Source: Micrococcus luteus NCTC 2665
Lineage (GTDB): Bacteria > Actinomycetota > Actinomycetes > Actinomycetales > Micrococcaceae
Reading direction: 5' to 3'
Assembly: GCF_000023205.1 (NCBI RefSeq)
Contig: NC_012803.1
Location: forward strand, 1,650,001 to 1,682,000
Length of the DNA: 32,000 nucleotides
Shown here: positions 9,247 to 16,642 of the stretch, piece after piece
Layout of the letters: each line of letters opens with the position of its first letter
How positions within the stretch are numbered: the first letter of the stretch is position 1
The notes under the pieces: model-generated
The model's input: the letters and a program-made list of their open reading frames with translations, nothing else
What the model was told of the DNA's origin: nothing
Database searches by the model: none
Translations under genes and position numbers: made by a program

Positions 9247-9653
9247 GGCCTCATCCTCGCACCGGGCCCGGACACGATACGGTCGGCGATCGCACGGATC
9301 GCTCTCGCGGCACCGTCGTCGGGCTCCCAGCGGGCCCGCCGCAGGTCCACGCGCCCGGCCGGGGTGCGGGGCGTGGCCTCCCGCTCGTGCTCGACGGCGG
9401 CCCGCGCGGCCAGTTCCGGAGGCAGCGAGCCGTCGGCCCGGACCACCCGCCACCACGGCGTGCCGGGGCTCGACTCGGCCATCGCCCGGCCGGCCTGCCG
9501 CGGGCCGCCGGCCCCCAGCAGGCCGGCCAGCCCCCCGTAGCTGACGGCGTGTCCGGGCGGGACCAGACGGGCGAGCGCCTCGAGCCCCTCGCCGAGGGTG
9601 AGCGGTCCGTCGTCGCGGTGGCGGGCGCCGGGGAGCACAGGGTGATCGGTCAC
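9243..9653 (-). CDS. MGMT-family DNA-binding protein lacking the acceptor cysteine (alkyltransferase-like, ATL-type)
   Basis: 136 aa with ...SYGGLAGLLGAGGPRQAGRAMAESSPGTPWWRVVRADGSL. This is the layout of the methylated-DNA-protein-cysteine methyltransferase DNA-binding domain, but it reads PWWRV where transferases have PCHRV. Start is GTG (9653..9651). The stop overlaps the adnA ATG (ATGA at 9246..9243). Confidence 0.75.
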   Translation of the reverse strand: MTDHPVLPGARHRDDGPLTLGEGLEALARLVPPGHAVSYGGLAGLLGAGGPRQAGRAMAESSPGTPWWRVVRADGSLPPELAARAAVEHEREATPRTPAGRVDLRRARWEPDDGAARAIRAIADRIVSGPGARMRP

Positions 9654-9684
9654 GACCCCATCCTGTCGTGTCCGCCGGTCCGGG

Positions 9685-9690
9685 TAGCGT
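9685..9690 (+). promoter_or_regulatory. Candidate -10 hexamer TAGCGT for a leaderless exonuclease transcript
   Basis: A TANNNT hexamer ends 7 nt before the in-frame GTG at 9698. No Shine-Dalgarno lies in between. Confidence 0.35.
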
Positions 9691-9697
9691 GAGGCGC

Positions 9698-10384
9698 GTG
9701 ACTTGGCATGAGAGCATCCGCGCCGGCTTCGACCTCGAGACCACCGGACGTGATCCGCGCACCGCGCTGATCGTGACCGCCACCCTGGTGATGGTGGACG
9801 AGCACGGCCGCGCCGCGTCGTCGGCCGAGTGGCTCGTGGACCCGGGCGTGCCCATCCCGGCCGAGGCGGCCGAGGTCCACGGCGTCACCACGGAGCGGGC
9901 CCAGGCGGAGGGCATGCCCGCCGCGCAGGGCGTCACGGAGATCACCGAGACCCTGCGGGACCTGTTCGCCGCGGGCATCCCCGTGGTGGCGTTCAACGGC
10001 GTGTACGACTTCACGGTGATGGACCGGGAGGCGCGCCGCCACGGGCTGACGCCGCTCGAGGCCCGCCCGGTGATCGACCCGTTCGTCCTGGACAAGCAGG
10101 TGGACCGGTTCCGCAAGGGCAAGCGCACGCTCTCGGCGGTGTCCGAGCACTACGGAGTGACCCTGGAGAACGCGCACACCTCCGCGGCGGACGCCCTCGC
10201 CGCCGTCCAGGTGGCCGACGCCCTGGCCGCCCAGTACGAGCAGCTGCGCATGGCGCCGGCGGAGCTGCACGAGCGGCAGGTCCGCTGGAAGGCCGAGCAG
10301 GCGGAGAGCTTCGAGCAGTACCTGCGGCGCAAGGACCCGCAGGCCACCGTCTCGCGCCACTGGCCGGTCGAGGCCGAGCGCTGA
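9698..10384 (+). CDS. DEDDh 3'-5' exonuclease (DnaQ / DNA polymerase III epsilon-like)
   Basis: Exo I motif GFDLETTG, Exo II FNGVYDF, Exo III HTSAADA. The ORF is open from GTG 9668. GTG 9698 is preferred because of the -10-like hexamer 7 nt upstream, so the start is uncertain by 30 nt. Confidence 0.85.
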   Translation: MTWHESIRAGFDLETTGRDPRTALIVTATLVMVDEHGRAASSAEWLVDPGVPIPAEAAEVHGVTTERAQAEGMPAAQGVTEITETLRDLFAAGIPVVAFNGVYDFTVMDREARRHGLTPLEARPVIDPFVLDKQVDRFRKGKRTLSAVSEHYGVTLENAHTSAADALAAVQVADALAAQYEQLRMAPAELHERQVRWKAEQAESFEQYLRRKDPQATVSRHWPVEAER

Positions 10385-10409
10385 GCGCCCGGCCCCGACC
10401 CGCGCTCGG
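10381..10409. terminator. Weak hairpin between the convergent exonuclease and hemL genes
   Basis: CTGAGCGC (10381-10388) pairs with GCGCTCGG (10402-10409), 8 bp including one G-U, with a 13-nt loop. It fills almost the whole 28-nt convergent gap. Confidence 0.3.
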
Positions 10410-10412
10410 GTC

Positions 10413-11738
10413 TCAGGCCTGGGGCGTCGCCGCCGCGGCCGCCTTCACCGCGGCCGGCAGCGCGTCGAGCACCCGGGTGACCGCCGCGTCGTCGTGGGCG
10501 GCGGAGACGAACCAGGCCTCGAACACGGACGGCGGCAGGTACACGCCGGAGGCCAGCATCGACTGGAAGAACGGGGCGTAGCGGAAGACCTCCTGGCCCT
10601 GGGCGTCCCGGTAGTCCCGCACGCCGGTGCCGGAGGTGCCGAACGCCAGGGAGAACAGGGTGCCGGCCCGCTGGATCGAGTGGTCCACGCCCTCGGCGTC
10701 GAGCGCGGCCACGAGGCCCTCGCGCACCGCGTCCGAGGCGCGCGTCACGGCCGCGTAGACGGCCTCGTCGGCGCGGGAGAGCGTGGCGTGGCCGGCGGCC
10801 ATGGCCACCGGATTCCCGGAGAGGGTGCCGGCCTGGTACACGGGGCCGAGCGGGGCCAGGTGGTCCATGATCTCGGCGGAGCCGCCGAGGGCGGCCGCGG
10901 GCATGCCGCCGCCGATCACCTTGCCGAAGCACCAGATGTCCGGGGTCCAGCCCTCGGGCTGTCCGGACAGGCCCCAGCCGCCCGTGGCGGTGGCGCGGAA
11001 GCCGGTGAGCACCTCGTCCCAGATCAGCAGCGCGCCGTGGCGGCGGGTGATCTCGCGCAGGAACGCGTTGAAGCCCTCGGCGGGCTCCACGACGCCCATG
11101 TTGCAGGGCACGGCCTCCGTGATGAGCGCGGCGATGCGCTCGCCGTGCTCGGCGAACACGGCCTCGACGGCGGCGCGGTCGTTGTAGTCCACCACGAGGG
11201 TCTCGGAGGCGGCGGCCTCGGTGACGCCCGCGGAGCCGGGCAGGGCAGCGGTCGCCACGCCCGAGCCGGCCGCGGCCAGCAGGCCGTCCGAGTGGCCGTG
11301 GTAGCAGCCGGCGAACTTCACGATCAGGTTGCGGCCGGTCACGCCGCGGGCCAGGCGCAGGGCCGTCATGGTGGCCTCGGTGCCGGTGGACACGAAGCGC
11401 ACGCGCTCGACCGGGACCTTGGAGGCGATCAGCTCGGCCAGCGCGGTCTCCTCCAGCGTGGAGGTGCCGAAGCCGAGGCCGCGGTCCACGGCGGCGTGGA
11501 CGGCCTCGACGACATCGGGGTGCTGGTGGCCCAGCAGCATGGGGCCCCACGAGCAGACCAGGTCCACGTATTCGTTGCCCTCGACGTCCGTCAGGTACGG
11601 GCCGCGTGCACCTGCCATGAACCGGGGCGTGCCGCCGACCGAGCCGAACGCGCGCACGGGCGAGTCGACACCGCCGGGGATGACGGCCTGTGCCGCGGCG
11701 AAGGCGGCGGCGTTGGTGGTCGGGTGGGACGCGGTCAC
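10413..11738 (-). CDS. hemL: Glutamate-1-semialdehyde 2,1-aminomutase
   Basis: 441 aa, N-terminus ...[21 protein letters not shown], class-III aminotransferase body. The GTG start overlaps the hemB stop (GTGA at 11738..11735). Confidence 0.95.
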   Translation of the reverse strand: MTASHPTTNAAAFAAAQAVIPGGVDSPVRAFGSVGGTPRFMAGARGPYLTDVEGNEYVDLVCSWGPMLLGHQHPDVVEAVHAAVDRGLGFGTSTLEETALAELIASKVPVERVRFVSTGTEATMTALRLARGVTGRNLIVKFAGCYHGHSDGLLAAAGSGVATAALPGSAGVTEAAASETLVVDYNDRAAVEAVFAEHGERIAALITEAVPCNMGVVEPAEGFNAFLREITRRHGALLIWDEVLTGFRATATGGWGLSGQPEGWTPDIWCFGKVIGGGMPAAALGGSAEIMDHLAPLGPVYQAGTLSGNPVAMAAGHATLSRADEAVYAAVTRASDAVREGLVAALDAEGVDHSIQRAGTLFSLAFGTSGTGVRDYRDAQGQEVFRYAPFFQSMLASGVYLPPSVFEAWFVSAAHDDAAVTRVLDALPAAVKAAAAATPQA

Positions 11739-12721
11739 AGGGACCCCTCCTTCATCCAGCGGCCGAGCTCGGCCGCCCAGTAGGTGAGCACGGAGCCGGC
11801 GCCGGCGCGCCGGATGGAGAGCACGGACTCGACGATCGAGGCCCGGCGGTCGATCCAGCCGTGCGCGGCGGCGGCCTCGATCATCGCGTACTCGCCCGAG
11901 ATCTGGTACGCGGAGACGGGCACGTCCGCCATGTCCGCCACGTCACGCACGATGTCCAGGTAGCTCATCGCGGGCTTGACCATCACCATGTCCGCGCCCT
12001 CCTCGAGGTCGAGGGCGACCTCGAGCAGGGCCTCGCTCCGGTTGGCGGCGTCCATCTGGTAGGTCTTGCGGTCGCCCGTGAGCTGGGAGTCGACGGCGTC
12101 GCGGAACGGCCCGTAGAACGCCGAGGAGTACTTCGCGGCGTAGGCGAGGATCGCGGTCTCGTGATGGCCGGCGCCCTCGAGGGCCTCCCGGATCACGCGG
12201 ACCTGGCCGTCCATCATCCCGGAGGGGCCGAGCACGTCCGCACCGGCCTCGGCCTGCGCGACGCCCATCCGGGCGTAGATCTCCAGCGTCGCGTCGTTGT
12301 CCACGGCGCCCTCGGCGGTGAGCACGCCGCAGTGGCCGTGGTCGGTGAACTCGTCCAGGCACAGGTCGGACATCACGACGAGCCCATCCCCCACCTCCGC
12401 CTTCACGTCCCGGATGGCCCGGTTCAGGACGCCGTCCGGGTCCAGGGCGGCGCTGCCGACGGCGTCGCGCGTGGCCGGCACGCCGAACAGCATGATGCCG
12501 CCCAGGCCCAGTTCGGCGGCCTCGGCCGCGGCGGCCTTGAGCGAGTCCGCGGTGTGCTGCACGACGCCCGGCATCGAGGCGATCGGCACGGGCTCGGCGG
12601 CGCCCTCCTTGATGAAGGCCGGCAGGATCAGCTCGGCGGGGTGCAGGCGCGTCTCGGCGACGAGGCGGCGCATCGCGGCGGACCGGCGCAGACGCCGGGG
12701 ACGGTGCAACGGGAAGGACAT
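11735..12721 (-). CDS. hemB: Porphobilinogen synthase (delta-aminolevulinate dehydratase)
   Basis: 328 aa, [40 protein letters not shown]..., typical HemB. A GGAG lies about 14 nt upstream of ATG 12721. Confidence 0.95.
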   Translation of the reverse strand: MSFPLHRPRRLRRSAAMRRLVAETRLHPAELILPAFIKEGAAEPVPIASMPGVVQHTADSLKAAAAEAAELGLGGIMLFGVPATRDAVGSAALDPDGVLNRAIRDVKAEVGDGLVVMSDLCLDEFTDHGHCGVLTAEGAVDNDATLEIYARMGVAQAEAGADVLGPSGMMDGQVRVIREALEGAGHHETAILAYAAKYSSAFYGPFRDAVDSQLTGDRKTYQMDAANRSEALLEVALDLEEGADMVMVKPAMSYLDIVRDVADMADVPVSAYQISGEYAMIEAAAAHGWIDRRASIVESVLSIRRAGAGSVLTYWAAELGRWMKEGSL

Positions 12722-12757
12722 GACGGGGTCACACGCTCCTGGTTCGGGGACCCGTCC

Positions 12758-12763
12758 AGTCTA
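12758..12763 (-). promoter_or_regulatory. Candidate -10 hexamer TAGACT (minus strand) for hemB-hemL
   Basis: Plus strand reads AGTCTA, the reverse complement of TAGACT, about 37 nt upstream of the hemB ATG. It is the same hexamer as the one upstream of hemA. Confidence 0.3.
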
Positions 12764-12836
12764 GGCGCGGAGGCTGACCGCTCCCCGGGCGTGGCTCCGC
12801 CACCCCACGGGCCGCGCCACGAGCCCGCGCGCCGGG

Positions 12837-12842
12837 TACAGT
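12837..12842 (+). promoter_or_regulatory. Candidate -10 hexamer TACAGT for brnQ
   Basis: A TANNNT hexamer about 30 nt upstream of the brnQ start. GAGAGG (12864-12869) follows as a Shine-Dalgarno. Confidence 0.35.
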
Positions 12843-12875
12843 CGTGGCGCCCCGTCCGCCGTCGAGAGGCCCGTG

Positions 12876-14270
12876 ATGCCCCCGCGCCTGCGCCCCGGCC
12901 AGACCCTGCTGCTGGCCTCGCTCGTGTTCGGCCTGTTCTTCGGCGCCGGCAACCTGATCTTCCCCGCCGGCCTGGGCCGGGACGCGGGCGCCGCGGTCAC
13001 GCCGGCCACGCTCGGCTTCCTCGTCACGGCGGTGGGGCTGCCGGTCCTGGGCATCGTCGCCTCGGCGGTGACGGGGGCGCGCTCGGTCCGTGAGATGACG
13101 GCGCCCGTCTCCCGGCGCTTCGCCGTGGCGTTCACGTGCCTGCTGTACCTGACGATCGGCCCCCTCTTCGCCATCCCCCGCACCGCCACGGTGTCCTATG
13201 AGATCGGTGTCGCGCCCCTGGCGGGCGACGGCGGCCTGCGGCTGCTCGGCTTCACGGCGGCGTTCTTCGCGGTCGCCGCGGTCGCGGCGTTCCGTCCGGG
13301 CCGGCTCATGGAGTGGGTGGGGCGGTACCTGACCCCGGCGTTCCTGGTCCTGCTCGGCGCCCTGGTGGCGGCCGCCGTCGTCGCCCCGATGAGCACGGGC
13401 GCCCTGCCCTCGCCCGCCCCCGCCTACGCCGACGGGGCGTTCGTGCGGGGCCTGCTGGACGGCTACACCACGATGGACGCGCTCGCCTCGCTCGCCTTCG
13501 CGGTCGTGATCGTCGACGCCGCCCGGCGCCTGGGCGTGACGGGTCCGCGCCGCATGGCGGTGGAGCTGGGCAAGGCGGGGCTGCTCGGCGGCGCGGCGAT
13601 GGCGGTGGTCTACGCCTCGCTGGCGTACATCGGCGCCACGAGCCACGGCGCGTTCGCGCAGGCCGCGAACGGGGGTGACGTCCTCGCCCGCACCGCGAGC
13701 CACTTCTTCGGCACGGCGGGCGCGTACCTCATCGCGGCCATCGTCTTCGTCGCGTGCCTGAAGACCTGCATCGGACTGATCGTGGCGTGCGCCGAGATGT
13801 TCGCGGAGATGTTCCCCGGGTCCTACCGGCTGTGGGCGGGCCTCTTCCTCGTGGTGTCCTTCGCGCTCGCCAACCTGGGCCTGGAGGCGATCATCGCCTG
13901 GTCCGTCCCGGTGCTGAGGTTCCTCTACCCGATCGCCGTCGTCGTCATCCTGCTCGGTCTCGCCTGGGCCTGGGTGCGGGACCGCCCGGCGGTGACCCGC
14001 TGGGTGGTCGCCTGCACGGGGCTCGCCGCCTTCTTCGACCTGCTGGGCGCCCTGCCGGAGGCGCTCGCGACGACGCCGCCCGTCACCGCCCTGACGGGCC
14101 TGGCCGGCAGGGTGCTGCCCGGCTACGCGGTCGGCTTCGGCTGGGTGGTCCCGGCGCTCGTCGGGCTGGCCGTCGGCACGGTGGCCGCCGCCTCGCGGCC
14201 CCGCCCGCGCCGGGGCGAGCGGGAGGCGATCCCGGTCACCGCCGGCCACGGGCGCACCGCCGCCGACTAG
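12876..14270 (+). CDS. brnQ: Branched-chain amino acid transport system II carrier (LIVCS family)
   Basis: N-terminal signature LLLASLVFGLFFGAGNLIFPAGLG, hydrophobic multi-span protein throughout. ATG 12876 is preferred over GTG 12873 because of its spacing to the GAGAGG SD. Confidence 0.9.
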   Translation: MPPRLRPGQTLLLASLVFGLFFGAGNLIFPAGLGRDAGAAVTPATLGFLVTAVGLPVLGIVASAVTGARSVREMTAPVSRRFAVAFTCLLYLTIGPLFAIPRTATVSYEIGVAPLAGDGGLRLLGFTAAFFAVAAVAAFRPGRLMEWVGRYLTPAFLVLLGALVAAAVVAPMSTGALPSPAPAYADGAFVRGLLDGYTTMDALASLAFAVVIVDAARRLGVTGPRRMAVELGKAGLLGGAAMAVVYASLAYIGATSHGAFAQAANGGDVLARTASHFFGTAGAYLIAAIVFVACLKTCIGLIVACAEMFAEMFPGSYRLWAGLFLVVSFALANLGLEAIIAWSVPVLRFLYPIAVVVILLGLAWAWVRDRPAVTRWVVACTGLAAFFDLLGALPEALATTPPVTALTGLAGRVLPGYAVGFGWVVPALVGLAVGTVAAASRPRPRRGEREAIPVTAGHGRTAAD

Positions 14271-14273
14271 GGT
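14268..14273 (+). promoter_or_regulatory. Candidate -10 hexamer TAGGGT overlapping the brnQ stop codon, for a leaderless NYN-gene transcript
   Basis: A TANNNT hexamer ends 7 nt before ATG 14281. The hexamer includes the brnQ TAG stop. Confidence 0.3.
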
Positions 14274-14280
14274 GGGACAC

Positions 14281-15396
14281 ATGCCCGAACCCACCCCCGC
14301 ATCCCTGCGCATCGCCGTCCTGATGGACAGCGACAACGTCTCCCCGAAGTTCGCCCCCCTGATCCTCGAGGAGCTCGCCACCTACGGCACCCCCACGATC
14401 AAGCGCGCGTACGGCGACTGGACCACGACCAACCTCAACGGCTGGAAGAAGGCGCTGAACCACCACGCGATCCAGCCGGTCCAGCAGTTCGCCTACACCG
14501 TGGGCAAGAACTCCTCGGACTCCGCGCTCATCATTGACGCGATGGACCTGCTCTGGATGGGCAACGTGGACGCGTTCGCCCTCGTCTCCTCCGACTCCGA
14601 CTTCACGCGCCTGGCCACCCGCCTGCGCGAGGGCGGCAAGCGTGTGATCGGCCTGGGCGCCCGCAAGACCCCCGCCTCGCTGCGCAACGCCGTGGACCAG
14701 TTCATCTACCTCGAGCTGCTCGGCACCGCCACGGACCAGGACGTCGACGACGACGAGACCGGCGAGGACGCCCCCGCCAAGGAGGAGAACGCCAAGGCGT
14801 CCGAGGGCTCCGGCCGCTCGGGGTCCCGCCGCGGCGGTCGAGGCCGCGGTCGCGGGCCCAAGACCACCGACACCCCCGAGGCCACGGACGCAGACGCCGA
14901 GGCCCCCGCCGCCGAGGAGGCGCCTGCCGCCGACGAGGCGCCCGCCGGGGACGCCGCCGCCGGCAAGGACGGGAAGGGTCCGCAGGCGAAGTCCGGAGCC
15001 GGCCGTCGGGGCCGCCGTGCGTCGTCGTCGGACGTCACCGAGGACCCGACCCCGCCCGAGGTGCCGGTCGAAGCCGAGCCCGAGCAGGACGAGGCCGAGC
15101 CCGAGCAGGACGAGGCCGAGCCCGAGCACGACGAGGCCGACGCCGCCCCGCGCATCGACCTGCAGGCCGCGCTCACCAAGGCCGTCAACGCCACGAGCAC
15201 CGACGACGGCTGGGCCACGCTGTCCCTGATCGGCCAGCACCTGAGCCGCACCCACGTGGACTTCGACCCGCGCGACTTCGGGCACTCCAAGCTCTCCACC
15301 CTCGTGGAGGACCAGCCGTACCTGCGCACCCGCACCGAGGGCCGGACCATGGAGGTCTCGCTGGTCCGGCGCCGCAGCCGCCGCGCCGAGGGCTGA
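14281..15396 (+). CDS. NYN-domain (LabA/DUF88, PIN-like) predicted ribonuclease with a C-terminal OST-HTH/LOTUS domain and a long low-complexity linker
   Basis: The NYN core reads RIAVLMDSDNV...KRAYGDW...GKNSSDSALIIDAMD...ALVSSDSDFTRLATRLREGGKRVIGLG. The C-terminal part, LTKAVNATSTDDGWATLSLIGQHLSRTHVDFDPRDFGHSKLSTLVEDQPYL, looks like an OST-HTH/LOTUS domain. The ORF is also open from GTG 14272. Confidence 0.85.
   Translation: MPEPTPASLRIAVLMDSDNVSPKFAPLILEELATYGTPTIKRAYGDWTTTNLNGWKKALNHHAIQPVQQFAYTVGKNSSDSALIIDAMDLLWMGNVDAFALVSSDSDFTRLATRLREGGKRVIGLGARKTPASLRNAVDQFIYLELLGTATDQDVDDDETGEDAPAKEENAKASEGSGRSGSRRGGRGRGRGPKTTDTPEATDADAEAPAAEEAPAADEAPAGDAAAGKDGKGPQAKSGAGRRGRRASSSDVTEDPTPPEVPVEAEPEQDEAEPEQDEAEPEHDEADAAPRIDLQAALTKAVNATSTDDGWATLSLIGQHLSRTHVDFDPRDFGHSKLSTLVEDQPYLRTRTEGRTMEVSLVRRRSRRAEG
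15073..15135 (+). repeat. 3 x 21-nt in-frame tandem repeat (AEPEQDE)3 inside the NYN-LOTUS linker
   Basis: GCCGAGCCCGAGCAGGACGAG occurs at 15073, 15094 and 15115. The third copy has CAC in place of CAG. Confidence 0.9.
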
Positions 15397-15420
15397 GCGG
15401 CACGGCCCGTCGTCCCCCGC

Positions 15421-15459
15421 GGCCGGCGGGCCGGTCCACCGGCCGTTCGCCCGCCGGCC
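15421..15459 (+). terminator. GC-rich hairpin downstream of the NYN-LOTUS gene
   Basis: GGCCGGCGGG (15421-15430) is the perfect reverse complement of CCCGCCGGCC (15450-15459). The loop is 19 nt and contains a CCGG/CCGG mini-stem. There is no U-tract. Confidence 0.5.
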
Positions 15460-15482
15460 ACCTGTCCACCACGCGCGCCCGG

Positions 15483-15488
15483 TAGGCT
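15483..15488 (+). promoter_or_regulatory. Candidate -10 hexamer TAGGCT for a leaderless transcript of the 93-aa ORF
   Basis: A TANNNT hexamer ends 7 nt before ATG 15496, with no SD in between. Confidence 0.35.
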
Positions 15489-15495
15489 CCCCGCC

Positions 15496-15777
15496 ATGGG
15501 GAACACTCTGGGCTTCCTGCGCGGCGTCGACCGCCTGCACGCCTTCTACACGGAGAACGTGCGCATGCTCGCGCACGCGTACGACCTGACGGACGAGGAG
15601 GCCTCGGAGCTGCTCGCCAACACGGGCTTCACCAACGTCTCGGTCGCCATCCTGCGCGACCCGCGGGTGGACATCATGGCCGCCGCCACCGGCGTGCCTC
15701 AGGACGAGAAGCACGACGCCGGCCCGGCGCCGACGGAGGACGACGCGACCGACCCGGACGGCGACCGCCCCGACTGA
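15496..15777 (+). CDS. Hypothetical protein, 93 aa, with an acidic Pro/Asp-rich C-terminal tail
   Basis: MGNTLGFLRGVDRLHAFYTENVRMLAHAYDLTDEEASELLANTGF... Third codon positions are almost all G/C, like the real genes here. It is bracketed by hairpins. I do not recognise the family. Confidence 0.6.
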   Translation: MGNTLGFLRGVDRLHAFYTENVRMLAHAYDLTDEEASELLANTGFTNVSVAILRDPRVDIMAAATGVPQDEKHDAGPAPTEDDATDPDGDRPD

Positions 15778-15808
15778 GCCTCGCCTCGAGTGCGGACGGG
15801 CGGCTCAG
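15774..15808. terminator. Weak hairpin spanning the convergent stops of the 93-aa ORF and hemD
   Basis: CTGAGCC (15774-15780) pairs with GGCTCAG (15802-15808), 7 bp with a 21-nt loop. Confidence 0.3.
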
Positions 15809-16641
15809 GCCGCAGCGCGCAGCACGGCCAGCACTCCGGCCGCGTCCGGCGTGGGGGCCGTCCCGAGCAGGGGCAGACCCCGCCGCGCGCACGTGTCACG
15901 GGTCGGCGCGCCGATCGCCACGAGCCGCACCCGCTCCCCCGCCAACGGTGCCAGACCCGCGGCCACGAACTCCTCCACCGCGGACGAGCTGGTGAGCACC
16001 ACGGCGGTCCCCGCCGCGACCGCGGACAGCCGCGCGGGCGTCACGACGTCCCCCCGGCCTTCGTCCGCCCCGTCGAGCAGCCGCCTGCCGGCCTGCGCCG
16101 GATACGGCACCGTCCGGTAGGCGAGTCCGGTCCGCACGTCCCAGCCCGCCGCGCGCAGGCCGTGGGCGAGGCGGGGCCGGGCCCGGTCGGACTGGGGCAG
16201 CCACGCACGGGCGCCGCGGGGATGCAGGGCGGCGAGTCCGGCGATCAGGCCCTCGGCGGAGCGGTCCTCCGGCGGCAGCCACGGCGCCGCGTCGCAGCCC
16301 GCCTCGGTCAGCACCCGTGCCGTTCCTGGCCCGGTGGCCGCGATCCGCGCGCCCGCCGGGACATGACCGTCCCAGCCGACGGCCCTGAGGGCCCGTACGG
16401 TGTTGGCGCTCGTCAGCACGAGCCAGCGAGACCCGTCCGAGCGCACCGGCCCGGCCGCATCACCGTCGGCCCCCGCCCAGTCCGCGAGCAGCGCGCGCAG
16501 CGGGCCGTCGTCGTCGGGCAGCGCGAAGTCGGTCAGCGGCAGGAAGCCGACCCGCAGCCGCCGCCCCGCCACCTCGGCGCCGGCGAGACCGGCCTCGAGG
16601 TCGCCGGCCTGGGCCGGCTGGCGGGTGAGCAGGACGCGCAT
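15805..16641 (-). CDS. hemD: Uroporphyrinogen-III synthase (stand-alone, not fused to a methyltransferase)
   Basis: 278 aa, MRVLLTRQPAQAGDLEAGL..., HemD-like two-lobe pattern. The start lies 1 nt after the hemC stop. Confidence 0.85.
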   Translation of the reverse strand: MRVLLTRQPAQAGDLEAGLAGAEVAGRRLRVGFLPLTDFALPDDDGPLRALLADWAGADGDAAGPVRSDGSRWLVLTSANTVRALRAVGWDGHVPAGARIAATGPGTARVLTEAGCDAAPWLPPEDRSAEGLIAGLAALHPRGARAWLPQSDRARPRLAHGLRAAGWDVRTGLAYRTVPYPAQAGRRLLDGADEGRGDVVTPARLSAVAAGTAVVLTSSSAVEEFVAAGLAPLAGERVRLVAIGAPTRDTCARRGLPLLGTAPTPDAAGVLAVLRAAA

Positions 16642-16642
16642 C

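Noticed and set aside
9247-10128. Upstream 294 codons of the 1439-aa ORF in the track (5809..10128), which would extend AdnA
   Set aside because: The extension overlaps the ATL gene and the exonuclease gene and has an Arg/Pro/Gly-dominated composition. The helicase N-terminus with the P-loop begins soon after ATG 9246.
12722-12872. Possible riboswitch or T-box leader in the 151-nt hemB/brnQ divergent region
   Set aside because: I found only a short 6-bp stem (GACGGG/CCCGTC, 12722-12756), and nothing resembling a specifier loop, T-box sequence or known riboswitch core. Two opposing -10-like hexamers explain the spacing adequately.
12729-14381. 550-aa minus-strand ORF, and other long antisense ORFs (1947-3650, 6947-8590, 7054-9540, 14236-15714, 16400-18211, 16698-19181, 19858-21897, 24652-26763, 26801-28303, 28285-31758)
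   Set aside because: All lie opposite or out of frame to genes with unambiguous family motifs. Their products are low-complexity Arg/Gly/Ala/Pro/Asp-rich sequences without recognisable domains. They are classic GC-driven shadow ORFs.
15073-15135. Tandem 21-nt repeats (and the 42-nt-period repeat at 28580-28652) considered as a possible CRISPR or VNTR locus
   Set aside because: There are only 2-3 units, no unique spacers between them, no cas genes, and they are in frame inside coding low-complexity regions. They are coding repeats, not CRISPR.
14281-15777. NYN (PIN-like) protein plus the adjacent small ORF read as a toxin-antitoxin pair
   Set aside because: The small ORF is downstream rather than upstream, is separated by a strong hairpin (15421-15459), and has its own -10-like element. 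The NYN protein is a large multidomain protein rather than a minimal VapC-like toxin. A functional link remains possible but is not supported as a canonical TA module.
12722-15804. The brnQ/NYN/small-ORF block read as a mobile genetic island
   Set aside because: I see no integrase, transposase, tRNA target, flanking direct repeats or compositional break. It is kept only as a rearrangement or insertion observation.
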